Assembly (NCBI GenBank): GCA_944387775.1
Contig: CALXGE010000001.1
Location: 1 to 62,453 of the forward strand
Reading direction: 5' to 3'
From: an uncultured Oscillospiraceae bacterium
Lineage (GTDB): Bacteria; Bacillota; Clostridia; Oscillospirales; Oscillospiraceae
DNA length: 62,453 bases
A program made the translations under genes and the position numbers. Within the stretch, counting starts at the first letter, position 1, and each line of letters opens with the position of its first letter. Shown here one piece after another: positions 29,304 to 38,458 of the stretch. The notes beneath the pieces were generated by a model. That model ran no database searches. It had not been told where the DNA came from and was given only the letters and a program-made list of their open reading frames with translations.

Positions 29304-30566
29304 ATGGAAACAAAATTCTATATGAAAAACCGCCTGCGCTTTTTTAACCATGCAGAGGAAAATAGTCTCCTGTTCCTGTATTCAGGGACTGCTCCGGTAA
29401 AGAGCAACGATCAGAAGATGCACCCCTTCGCCGTCAACCGCAATTTCTACTACCTCACCGGGATCGAGACCCAGAGCGTATGGCTGGTGCTGGCCAAGAC
29501 AGCGGGGACCATGGCGGAGTATCTCTTTATTGATCAGCCGGATGAGGAGATCATCCGCTGGAACGGCAAGATGCTGACGAAGGAGAATGCGGCGGCCCGC
29601 AGCGGGATCTCTATCAGCGACGTGCACTACAAGCAGGAAATGGACCGCATAGTCGCCCGACTGCTGGGCGACAGGCGGAATCTTGCAGCGGGTGCGCCTG
29701 CGGTCTGCCTGTCATTTGACCGGCTGTGGATGGATTCTGCCCCCACGCAGATGGAGATCTACGCGAAACAGCTGCAGGAGAAATATCCCTTTGTTCAGAT
29801 CAAAAACATTGCGCCGCAGCTTGCTGCACTCCGCTCTGTCAAGACGGCGGAGGAGATCCAATATATCCGCAAGGCGGGAGATGTGACCATCGAGGGCCTG
29901 CGCAGTATGCTGCGTACAGCAAAGCCTGGTGAGCTGGAATATCAGTGGGCGGCAGACTATGAATACTATGTGGCGCGGGCAGGGCTGCGCAACGCATTTA
30001 CCACCATTGCGGCGGCTGGCCCAAACGCGACCATGCTGCATTACAGTGACAACAACTGCACGGCTAATGTCGGAGACCTGATCCTCTTTGACCTGGGTGC
30101 GGAATACCGCAACTATTCCGCAGACGTTTCCCGGACATTTCCTGTCAACGGAAAATTCACCACAAGGCAACGGGAACTGTTCTCTATAGTTCGGGAAGCC
30201 ATGGATGTGGCTAAAGATAAAATGCGGCCAGGTGTCCCTCTGCCGGAATCCAATCAGGCAGTGATTGATTTCTATAAGAAGGCGCTGCGCACAGCTAAGC
30301 TGATCTCTGATGACAGCGATGTGCGTAAATATTACTATCACGGGGTGTCCCACTCCTTGGGTCTGGATACTCATGATCCCTGCGCCAAAGCAGTATATGA
30401 GCCTGGCATGGTGATCACCTGTGAGCCGGGACTGTATATTGCGGAGGAGGGGATCGGTATCCGCCTGGAAAATGATATTCTTGTAACGGAAGGGGCCCCG
30501 GAGGATCTGGTGGGAAACCGTCTGTTAGACATGGATGAGATTGAGGCGTTGATGGAACGCGGCTGA
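29304..30566 (+). CDS. Xaa-Pro aminopeptidase / M24B peptidase
   Basis: 420 aa with the pita-bread ligand context LFDLGAEYRNYSADVSRTFP, HGVSHSLGLDTHD, ITCEPGLY and IRLEND. Confidence 0.85.
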   Translation: METKFYMKNRLRFFNHAEENSLLFLYSGTAPVKSNDQKMHPFAVNRNFYYLTGIETQSVWLVLAKTAGTMAEYLFIDQPDEEIIRWNGKMLTKENAAARSGISISDVHYKQEMDRIVARLLGDRRNLAAGAPAVCLSFDRLWMDSAPTQMEIYAKQLQEKYPFVQIKNIAPQLAALRSVKTAEEIQYIRKAGDVTIEGLRSMLRTAKPGELEYQWAADYEYYVARAGLRNAFTTIAAAGPNATMLHYSDNNCTANVGDLILFDLGAEYRNYSADVSRTFPVNGKFTTRQRELFSIVREAMDVAKDKMRPGVPLPESNQAVIDFYKKALRTAKLISDDSDVRKYYYHGVSHSLGLDTHDPCAKAVYEPGMVITCEPGLYIAEEGIGIRLENDILVTEGAPEDLVGNRLLDMDEIEALMERG

Positions 30567-30585
30567 TAGCGGCTAATAGAATTAC

Positions 30586-30617
30586 AGGCACAGTCCCCTT
30601 ACAAGGGGACTGTGCCT
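30586..30617. terminator. Bidirectional terminator hairpin
   Basis: AGGCACAGTCCCCTT-ACAA-GGGGACTGTGCCT, between convergent genes. Confidence 0.6.
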
Positions 30618-30705
30618 ATAATTTATGGCATGTTCTGGAATCAGACGGAATTAAAAGCGGCAGAAACAAATCCTCATACGGCAAGGAATAAGACGAGGGG
30701 GCGGA

Positions 30706-32034
30706 TCATGAGGAGGGTTCAGAGCCAGCCTGAGATGGCTCGCTGCCCAACAAAATACGGACCAGGGATTTAGGCCTACCGCGGCTGGCGGCGTTCTCCT
30801 TCGCATATACTTCGCCGCAGCCTGCCTCAATGAGCCTGCTAATGATGCGGCGAGCACTGCGGGTGGTCACCTCCAGGCAGTCGGCCAGCTCATGGGCGTC
30901 AAAAACGTCGCTGTGCCGCATATCAATAATGGCGCGCAGCTTCAGAATCGAGGCGGAACTGAGCCCGGTCTTTTCGGCCAATTCCATAACACGAGGATCA
31001 TTTGAGATCAGCTGATAGCGCAGCTCATTTTCCCGGAAGAGAGGGCCAATCAGTTCGTTGTTCTCATCGATACAGTAGAGGTCCTCCGGATTGGATTTGT
31101 CCAAAGTACAGCGCAGTGCCTTCCTGGCGTTGATTTCAGCCTGATAGGCAGTGACCCCTACGCCCATCCCGGCACTCAGCCGAAGCCCCTGGCTGCGGAC
31201 ATATTTCTGAAGCTCCGTCAGCAGCCGAAGGCTGCGCCGCTCCCGCAGTACACCGGCGTTGGCGTAAATAATGTATTCCCAGCGGCCCTCCTGAAAGACA
31301 GCGGCCTGGAGCTCCTTACTGTAACGGATGATACGCTTATAAATATCTGCTTTTTCGATCATACCGGAGTAGTAGTTCTCCTCCAGAACCTGCGTATCCT
31401 GCAGCTGAAGGATCTCCGTAGCGATCTGGGCCTGCTCAGCCCGGTTGATGGCGAGATCGGCTTTCAGACGATCCAGGGCGAGTCTGGTGGTGGTACGGGT
31501 AGGTCCCATATAGATAGCCTGGTAGCCGTCCAGCAGCAGCTGTTGAAAGACCCACTGCAGAGAGGTCAGTGCCACCGAGGTATATCCTTCATCCTGCAGC
31601 TCCTTGTGCCAGCGGACGTAGTGCTCCTCCTCGATATCCTCCGGTGTCGGATAGGAGTATATGTTCTTTGCGAGAATTTGGAAAGTGTCCAAGACATCCT
31701 CAATGACCTGAGGTTCTACAATATCAATACTCAGCGAGTCAAATTTCAGATTTTGTTTCTGCATAGAGAGAAATGCCCGGGCTACGGCTACGGCGGAGCG
31801 TGCTACAGCAGCGGTGGGCTTGGTGATCTTGCAATTGCTTTTTACATAGCTTTCCACCGCTCTTCCGGTAAACAATACCGCGTCGCATGTCCTTTCGCAG
31901 TCGGGATAGACCTCCGCACAGGCGGAAACCTGCTCCCTCACATAACAGCGGACCTCAACACCGGGGTCAATATAGTGCATGTCCCGTGCGATGCTTTCGC
32001 AGGAACTCTTGGGGCCAACGATACCGATCTTCAC
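30706..32034 (-). CDS. Putative transcriptional regulator with C-terminal HTH (family unresolved, PucR/CdaR-like organisation)
   Basis: It has a C-terminal ...LADCLEVTTRSARRIISRLIEAG... HTH. The start is placed at GTG (VKIGIVGPK), 7 nt after gaggtg. The longer ORF-track start would overlap the upstream M20 gene by 92 nt. Confidence 0.5.
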   Translation of the reverse strand: MKIGIVGPKSSCESIARDMHYIDPGVEVRCYVREQVSACAEVYPDCERTCDAVLFTGRAVESYVKSNCKITKPTAAVARSAVAVARAFLSMQKQNLKFDSLSIDIVEPQVIEDVLDTFQILAKNIYSYPTPEDIEEEHYVRWHKELQDEGYTSVALTSLQWVFQQLLLDGYQAIYMGPTRTTTRLALDRLKADLAINRAEQAQIATEILQLQDTQVLEENYYSGMIEKADIYKRIIRYSKELQAAVFQEGRWEYIIYANAGVLRERRSLRLLTELQKYVRSQGLRLSAGMGVGVTAYQAEINARKALRCTLDKSNPEDLYCIDENNELIGPLFRENELRYQLISNDPRVMELAEKTGLSSASILKLRAIIDMRHSDVFDAHELADCLEVTTRSARRIISRLIEAGCGEVYAKENAASRGRPKSLVRILLGSEPSQAGSEPSS

Positions 32035-32110
32035 TGCATACACCTCGTGCTTTCTCGGATAAAGAGCGATCCCGAATCCTACCTTGCGATAGCATTCGGG
32101 ATCGTGTCTA

Positions 32111-33451
32111 TTATAGCGCAGAGCTGTCAAAGAAATCAAGCTTGGAATGCTCTTGCAGGAAAGCAAGATACCCATCCTTAGTAAAGACAGGATGGAATGC
32201 ATCCATAACGGCCTTGGCGCGGCTGGCCTTGTCGAAGAGCAGATCGATGGCAGTCATGGCCATCATTTTGGCCGGGAGAATGAAGGATGCCTCGCGGTCC
32301 ACCACCTTGAAGTCGCTGGCGTGCAGTGCACCGGAGATACCTCCGGTCCAGATGTGCATGCAGGGCACGATGTGGGAGATATCGCCCAGGTCCGTGGAAC
32401 CGGCACTGACGTACTGGGAAATGAAAGCATCGTCGGTACAGCCCAGGTACGCCTCAACATTTTCCTTGTAGATAGCCGTCAGCTCCCGACTGGAGTGAAG
32501 GGGAAGGTAGCCGATCCGGTTCTGGATCTCCACTTTACCGCCAATGGCGAGAGCACCAGCCTTGAGAGCCCGATCCACCTTCTTGGAGGCGTCCAGCATG
32601 GCGTCGATGGTGGCGCCCCGGACCATGATCTGCATTTCGGCCTCTGCAGGGACCGTATTGACCATCTCGCCACATTTGGTGATGATGGTGCTGACGCGAA
32701 TCTTGTCCTCATCCCGGAAAGTCTCCCGCAGGGCATGGATGCCATTGAGGGCCAGCTGGGCCATGTTCAGGGCATTGATGCCCTCAGAGGGGGCAAAGCC
32801 TGCGTGAGCGGCCCGACCAATGAACCGTACACTCTTGCCGATAAAGCCGTCACAGTCGGTATCCAGGCAGCAGACGATATTTTTGTCCTGCGTGTTGATC
32901 AGGTGTGCCTGGAGGACCATGTCCACATCGTCCATGCCGCCGCGGTACAGGTACTCCTGCTTGCCGCCGTAGTAATGGAGCTTTCCTTCCTCAATGAGGC
33001 CGGTGCGGTAGTCCGTATCCACATACTCCTCAGCGGGAATGGCAATGAATTTAACGGCACCGTCCAGATGGGGGAGTACACCGGACTGGACCAAACCAAC
33101 GGCGCAGCCATAGAGGTTCGCCAGCTGGGCGTGATGGCCACAGGAGTGCATATTCCCGTTGACATCGCAGTCGGGGTGGTCGGGACAGTTCAGGCTGTCC
33201 AGCTCACCCATGATGCCCACAACCGGACCGTTGTTCTGGCCCGCCTTGGCGGAGCAGCCAGTATAGGCAATGTTGTTCTCCACCGTCAGGCCAAGGCCCT
33301 CAAAGGCCTCTTTCATTTTTTCCGTGGAACGAAATTCATGGAAGCCCATCTCAGGATGGCGATAGATATCGTCGGCCAGTGCAAAAATGGCCTCCCGGTT
33401 TTGGTCAATCGCTTCCAAACAGAGATTCTTTAAGGTTTGCTTGTCAATCAT
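32111..33451 (-). CDS. M20D-family amidohydrolase (AbgB / N-acyl-amino-acid hydrolase-like)
   Basis: 446 aa with ...IYRHPEMGFHEF... and ...NMHSCGHHAQ... M20D signatures. Confidence 0.8.
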   Translation of the reverse strand: MIDKQTLKNLCLEAIDQNREAIFALADDIYRHPEMGFHEFRSTEKMKEAFEGLGLTVENNIAYTGCSAKAGQNNGPVVGIMGELDSLNCPDHPDCDVNGNMHSCGHHAQLANLYGCAVGLVQSGVLPHLDGAVKFIAIPAEEYVDTDYRTGLIEEGKLHYYGGKQEYLYRGGMDDVDMVLQAHLINTQDKNIVCCLDTDCDGFIGKSVRFIGRAAHAGFAPSEGINALNMAQLALNGIHALRETFRDEDKIRVSTIITKCGEMVNTVPAEAEMQIMVRGATIDAMLDASKKVDRALKAGALAIGGKVEIQNRIGYLPLHSSRELTAIYKENVEAYLGCTDDAFISQYVSAGSTDLGDISHIVPCMHIWTGGISGALHASDFKVVDREASFILPAKMMAMTAIDLLFDKASRAKAVMDAFHPVFTKDGYLAFLQEHSKLDFFDSSAL

Positions 33452-33454
33452 AAT

Positions 33455-34573
33455 TTATTTCGCCTCTGACATGCTCATCATACGACGCATAACTTTAGTG
33501 CACTTATATACTTCATTCATATCAAGAGATTCTTCCACCGTGTGGACATCCCGCATACCAAGGCCCAGGATCACGCTGCGGTATCCATGGCCAGCCAGAA
33601 TGTTGGCATCGCTGCCGCCGCCGATGACCATGCAGTTGGGAGTGATGCCCTCCTCTTCCATGGCCTTTACGGTCATCTGCACGAGGTTGCTGTCCAGGGA
33701 GACGTTGAGGGTGGGGTAGGAGAGCTCATGGCAGAACTCCACCGTGGCACCCATCTCCTCTGCAGCCTTGCGGCAGCACTGCTCCATGTAGGCTACCTCG
33801 TCGTGGAGGACCTCCATGCTGTGGGAGCGGATCTCAGCTGTAAAATACACAGAATCGGTCACCACGTTGGTGGCGCCGCCGCCCTCGATCCGGCCGATAT
33901 TGGACGTGGTCTCCGGGGAAAGACGTCCGATGTGCATCTGGCTGATGGCCTTGGCAGCTGCCACGATGGCGTTGACGCCTTTCTCCGGCTCAATGCCGGC
34001 GTGGGCCTTTCTGCCGTGGAAGGTGACGTGAATGGCCTCCATGGCGGGAGCCTTGTAGGCAATGACGCCGGTATTACCGGTAGCATCCGCTACCACAAGA
34101 TCCTTGCAGGGCAGCATGTCCAGATCCATGTGCTTGGTACCCAGCATGCTGATCTCCTCAGAGCAGGAGAACACAAGGTAGAGGTCGCGGTGGGGGGCGT
34201 TGGTCTCCAGGATGTCCTCCACTGCCTCCAGAATGGCAGTGATACCGCCCTTGTCGTCACCGCCCAGGGTGGTTGTCCCATCCGTGCGGATGATATCCCC
34301 CTCAATAATGGGGTGGATGTCCTGGCAGGGCTCGATCTGGTCCGTGTGGGCCATGAAGCCGATGGGGTCACCGGGCAGATTGCCGGGGATGTGGGCAACG
34401 ATGTTCTTGCCGTTACCGCCGTAACCCTTACCGGCCTCGTCGGTGCGGTAGGAGATACCACGCTCGGTGAAATAGCGCTCCAGCCATTCCACCATGGGCA
34501 ACTCGCCCTTGGAGGGGCTGAAAACCTGGATCATTTCCAGGAAGCGAGACTGCAAACGTTCTTTGGAGATCAT
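33455..34573 (-). CDS. M20B-family peptidase (PepT/tripeptidase-like)
   Basis: 372 aa with FMAHTDQIEP, LGGDDKGG and SCSEEISMLG metal-ligand blocks. Confidence 0.8.
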   Translation of the reverse strand: MISKERLQSRFLEMIQVFSPSKGELPMVEWLERYFTERGISYRTDEAGKGYGGNGKNIVAHIPGNLPGDPIGFMAHTDQIEPCQDIHPIIEGDIIRTDGTTTLGGDDKGGITAILEAVEDILETNAPHRDLYLVFSCSEEISMLGTKHMDLDMLPCKDLVVADATGNTGVIAYKAPAMEAIHVTFHGRKAHAGIEPEKGVNAIVAAAKAISQMHIGRLSPETTSNIGRIEGGGATNVVTDSVYFTAEIRSHSMEVLHDEVAYMEQCCRKAAEEMGATVEFCHELSYPTLNVSLDSNLVQMTVKAMEEEGITPNCMVIGGGSDANILAGHGYRSVILGLGMRDVHTVEESLDMNEVYKCTKVMRRMMSMSEAK

Positions 34574-34574
34574 A

Positions 34575-35288
34575 TTACTTCACCTGTTCTTCCGTATCAT
34601 CAGCCAGTTCCTTCTTGTAGATCAGGCTGCCGGCGAAGATGGAACCGAACACTGCGATGAGGATAACAACACTGCCGGCAAAGCCGCCCAGGAAGTTGAG
34701 ATAGCCGTTCTTGCTCAGCCAGTTGGCAGCGAAAACGATGACAATGGAGACAACAGCCAGCTTGGGACGGGAGACGGCAAACTGACCGAAGACGGCGCCG
34801 AAGAGGGCGGGCAGCAGGAAGTTGAGGGCGGAGGTGACAGACTCGGGCAGGATACCCAGGATGACGTTGCTGCCGATGGCGCCGATGGTCAGAATGATGA
34901 TGTTCACGATAACGGAGACACCGATACCGATGGTGGAGATGATAGTACCCTGACGGGAACCGAACTCCACGCCAGCGGCTTCCTGAGCCACAGAGGAGCA
35001 GGGCAGGCGCATGTTGGAGGTATTACCGGAGAGGAAGGTCATGTAGGTGCCGGGGATACCCAGAATGGGGAAGTAGGAGATAGGCTCAACGACATAGAAG
35101 GCACCGCTGACGCTGATCTGAGCCAGGGTACCGGTCAGGATAGCGGAGATCGGGGGCCAATAACCAAAGACAGCGGAGAACACCAGGGGGGGCAGGAACA
35201 TCGTGATAATGCCCAGAAGCATGGTGGCCTTGCCCCATCTGATAATACCGGGCATGTAGGTTTCAGAATAATAAGACTTTTTATCCAT
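34575..35288 (-). CDS. Uncharacterised polytopic membrane protein (subunit 2 of a two-gene membrane module)
   Basis: 237 aa with about 6 hydrophobic segments. It lies 1 nt from the downstream peptidase gene and 22 nt from the upstream membrane gene. Confidence 0.6.
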   Translation of the reverse strand: MDKKSYYSETYMPGIIRWGKATMLLGIITMFLPPLVFSAVFGYWPPISAILTGTLAQISVSGAFYVVEPISYFPILGIPGTYMTFLSGNTSNMRLPCSSVAQEAAGVEFGSRQGTIISTIGIGVSVIVNIIILTIGAIGSNVILGILPESVTSALNFLLPALFGAVFGQFAVSRPKLAVVSIVIVFAANWLSKNGYLNFLGGFAGSVVILIAVFGSIFAGSLIYKKELADDTEEQVK

Positions 35289-35310
35289 AATTGTTTACTC
35301 CTTTATACCA

Positions 35311-36039
35311 TTACACCATAGAATTCCAGACAGAGCCGATGATCATGCCGGAGAACATTGCGATAGCAAAGGCCCACTCACGCAGCCAGCCGATGTTCTT
35401 GGTCCGGGCCAGCTTGGTGAGGATCATCATCAGGATACAGCCGCAGATTGTAGCGATAGCGGGAGCACCCAGGAGGTCGAAGCCGCCCTCGGCATTAAAG
35501 AAGTTACCAGAGGAGAGGTTGGCGAAGGCACCCAGCATGGCGCCGGCGGAGATGATGGGGACCATCTTCTGACGGCCGCGGGAGAGCAGGTGGTTAACCT
35601 TCTCCATTTTGTCAGTGAACAGCAGGGTAAAGACGAGCCAACCCAGGGAGCCGCAGCACATGACCCAAACGCCGCAGGAGAAGGCCATCGGATCCAGGTT
35701 GTCCAGGGTGGTGCCCATGGCCTGTGCGCCAAAGCCGGCAGCCATGGCCTCATAGTTGACGGAGCCGATGAAGGACAGGCGCATCCAGGAAACAGGGGCG
35801 CCCATGGAGATGATCAGGGAGATCATGGTGACCAGGATCACGATAGCAGGGCCAATGGAAGCGATGACGCTGCTCTTGACGGCCATTTTGATCTGCTTGT
35901 TGGTGATTCCTTCCTCAGCGGCTGCGGCCAAGGATTTTCTGATAAAGATAACGGACTGCAGGATAACAACGCTGATGGCAATTGCTGCGGCAAGCCACAT
36001 AATAGGGTGGTTCGCCAATTCCAAGTAGTTTACATTCAT
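35311..36039 (-). CDS. Uncharacterised polytopic membrane protein (subunit 1)
   Basis: About 242 aa and multi-pass. The start is at MNVNYLE, after ggaggg; the ORF-track start is 9 codons earlier. Confidence 0.6.
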   Translation of the reverse strand: MNVNYLELANHPIMWLAAAIAISVVILQSVIFIRKSLAAAAEEGITNKQIKMAVKSSVIASIGPAIVILVTMISLIISMGAPVSWMRLSFIGSVNYEAMAAGFGAQAMGTTLDNLDPMAFSCGVWVMCCGSLGWLVFTLLFTDKMEKVNHLLSRGRQKMVPIISAGAMLGAFANLSSGNFFNAEGGFDLLGAPAIATICGCILMMILTKLARTKNIGWLREWAFAIAMFSGMIIGSVWNSMV

Positions 36040-36056
36040 AAAATACCCTCCTTCTA

Positions 36057-36085
36057 TTTGGGACATGTCTTAAATATGTCCCAAA
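36057..36085. promoter_or_regulatory. 10-bp perfect inverted repeat immediately upstream of the membrane-operon RBS
   Basis: TTTGGGACAT, a 9-nt spacer, then ATGTCCCAAA, read directly. It is a candidate operator or 5'-UTR hairpin. Confidence 0.4.
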
Positions 36086-36389
36086 AAAAGATTACAAAAT
36101 AGTTAAAAAAAAGTCAAGGAGTTTTTGAAATTCACCCTTCCAAAATGTGACGGTAATTTTTTGTCAAACTATACAATTTTTGAAAATTTTAATCAGTTAG
36201 CCTGTTGAAACAATCACTTTTTGAGTGTTGGTCTCTGCATAATATTTGTACTTTGAGCTTTATCGCCGTTGAAACTGCCATATCACTTTAGAGGATTTCA
36301 AAAAACGAACTGTCGGTCCTGACCATTACCCGAGGGGGCGGACAGCGGCAGAAGGAAAATCGCGCCTATCGAAAAAGTGGTGAAAGTTG

Positions 36390-36436
36390 AGAGAAAAACC
36401 CGTCTGAGCGAACGTTCCGGTTCACCCAGACGGGTT
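36390..36436 (-). terminator. Terminator after the S10 peptidase gene
   Basis: The minus strand reads AACCCGTCTG...CAGACGGGTT followed by TTTTTCTCTC. Confidence 0.55.
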
Positions 36437-36569
36437 GATAAGTAATCCCTACTTAATTTGTATAAAGGAGAATGAAACCCCTTAGTTGCTAGAAATCAGC
36501 TTGTATGATTCTGAGGAATGTCTTTCTTCTGCGAACACAAAATGTTTTACGGTCGGAAAATTCTTGCCC

Positions 36570-37979
36570 TTATCCTTGGATGGCTTTTTCAAAAAAGCTT
36601 CTCATGTCTTTGGCCAGCAGCTGAGCGCTCTCTTCACCCAAATAGGCCATATGGCCGGAGGGGTAGACTCCGATCGTTACTCTGTTCATATCCAAATGGG
36701 AATGGGAGGCCAAATACTTTGCCATGCCCGATGTGGTGCAGAGATCGTACTCACCGCAAGCAAAATAGACCTGAAGTTTTTTGTTCCTGCGCATGGACAA
36801 TCCCAAGGCATCGGCGGGACTGATTTGGAACTTTCGATTCCAGGTAGTGTTGATGGGGAAAGAGAGGGCCGCGGAGCGGCGATCAAAGGTGATGCCTAGT
36901 TCCTGCTTCATCAAAGCGAAAGCTGATAGAAAGGCCGGGGTGTACTGACCCATGGCCGGATCGTCGGCAATAGTGTTGGCGATTTTAAGGCCTTTCTCTT
37001 CTTTCCAGGTGTAGCGGCCGTCATAGTATCCGACCACCTTGCCCTCTTTTTCGAGAAGCAGGTGCATAAAATCTCGCATGTTAATTCTGAGATCATGGTT
37101 TAAAATATAAGATTTATCAACACCTATAAAGTAGCTGAGCTTCTCAGCAATGGATTGTTTTTCCTCACAAGTGAGGAAGTCGTTGCGGTAGAGAGCGGTA
37201 AGGTATTCACCGCCGGCAAAGGCCTCGGCAGCTTTGACGAAGTCCGTATGGGAGAGGTCAGAGTGGGGCTTGTGGAAGTCGAAGGTAGCAGCCATGGAGG
37301 GCAGATCGAGCACCGCTTTTTCTACCGGCACATCGGCAAAGAAATAGGAGCCCAGCAGCATTACGCCACTGACAGCTATCCCCTGCATGACCGACTTCTT
37401 GGGATTGCCGCCCAGAAGTTCGCCCACCAGAAGAGCAGAACGTCCGGTTCCATAGCTCTCACCGGCTAGGAGGACGGGGCTATTATGCCGGTTGTACCGT
37501 GAGAGAAAATTATCAATGAACATACCCAGTGATTCTATGTCGCCGTCGGTGCTGAAAAACTCCTCTTTTTTGCTTTCATCGAAGAGACGGCCAAAGCCGG
37601 TTCCTACAGGATCTACTAAGACAATATCGCAGATGTCCAGCAAACAGTGGGGGTTTTCTTCCAGTTCAAATGGAGGAACGGGAGAAATATTGAGTTCATC
37701 GCCGGCTTTTAGCCGCTTGGGCCCGAAGAGCCCCATATGGACCCAGAGACTGCCGCAGCCCGGACCACCGTTGTATGCGAAAAGAATGGGCCGGGTGGAG
37801 GGGTCTGCTACGTCGCTTCTAAAATATGCATAGGAAAAGATAGATGCTACAGGCTTTCCGTCCTCACTTAGGAAGAAATTGTCTTCGCATACTGTGTTGT
37901 AGGGGATTTTCACTCCGTGGAGAGTCACCTCACCTTTGGACACAAATCGGGATTTCTCTCTGCACTCATCAGTGATCAT
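36570..37979 (-). CDS. S10-family serine carboxypeptidase-like protein
   Basis: 469 aa with NGGPGCGSLW, LAGESYGTG (nucleophile Ser), CGEYDLC (Asp) and YPSGHMAY (His) in S10 order. Confidence 0.75.
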   Translation of the reverse strand: MITDECREKSRFVSKGEVTLHGVKIPYNTVCEDNFFLSEDGKPVASIFSYAYFRSDVADPSTRPILFAYNGGPGCGSLWVHMGLFGPKRLKAGDELNISPVPPFELEENPHCLLDICDIVLVDPVGTGFGRLFDESKKEEFFSTDGDIESLGMFIDNFLSRYNRHNSPVLLAGESYGTGRSALLVGELLGGNPKKSVMQGIAVSGVMLLGSYFFADVPVEKAVLDLPSMAATFDFHKPHSDLSHTDFVKAAEAFAGGEYLTALYRNDFLTCEEKQSIAEKLSYFIGVDKSYILNHDLRINMRDFMHLLLEKEGKVVGYYDGRYTWKEEKGLKIANTIADDPAMGQYTPAFLSAFALMKQELGITFDRRSAALSFPINTTWNRKFQISPADALGLSMRRNKKLQVYFACGEYDLCTTSGMAKYLASHSHLDMNRVTIGVYPSGHMAYLGEESAQLLAKDMRSFFEKAIQG

Positions 37980-38458
37980 AGTTCTACCTCTTTCTGTTAA
38001 TGATACCCGAAAGGAACCGGACAGGAACGCCGGAAATACTGACTATACGCTGCTGTTGTGGTTCCCCGGAACGAGATGGGAGCGGTACGTTGCTCCGAGC
38101 GGAAAGACGTGTCGCTCTTCTGCAATATTATACAAAATGATGGGGTGAAAAATCAATTTGTTTATTGCAAATTGCGGGCACTTTTGATAATTTTTTCTCT
38201 GCGCACGCTGAAGCAGATAACAGAGGGGGTGCCACTGCTTCCGCAGTGGAGGCTTCATAGCAAGTCTGTTTGGAACTTCCTGTTCTCGGGCATCTGCGAC
38301 GCGGAAATCGGATATGTCGGAAGATGGAGTGAAACAGCGGCGTCCAGTGTTGCACCGGACCTGACCTTGTGGTACAGTAAAAAGACGATCTGCGGACTCC
38401 ACAGCGCTCTTCCTGTACTGTGGGGGCGGAAGAATTACCGAAATTTTGGGAGAAAAGC

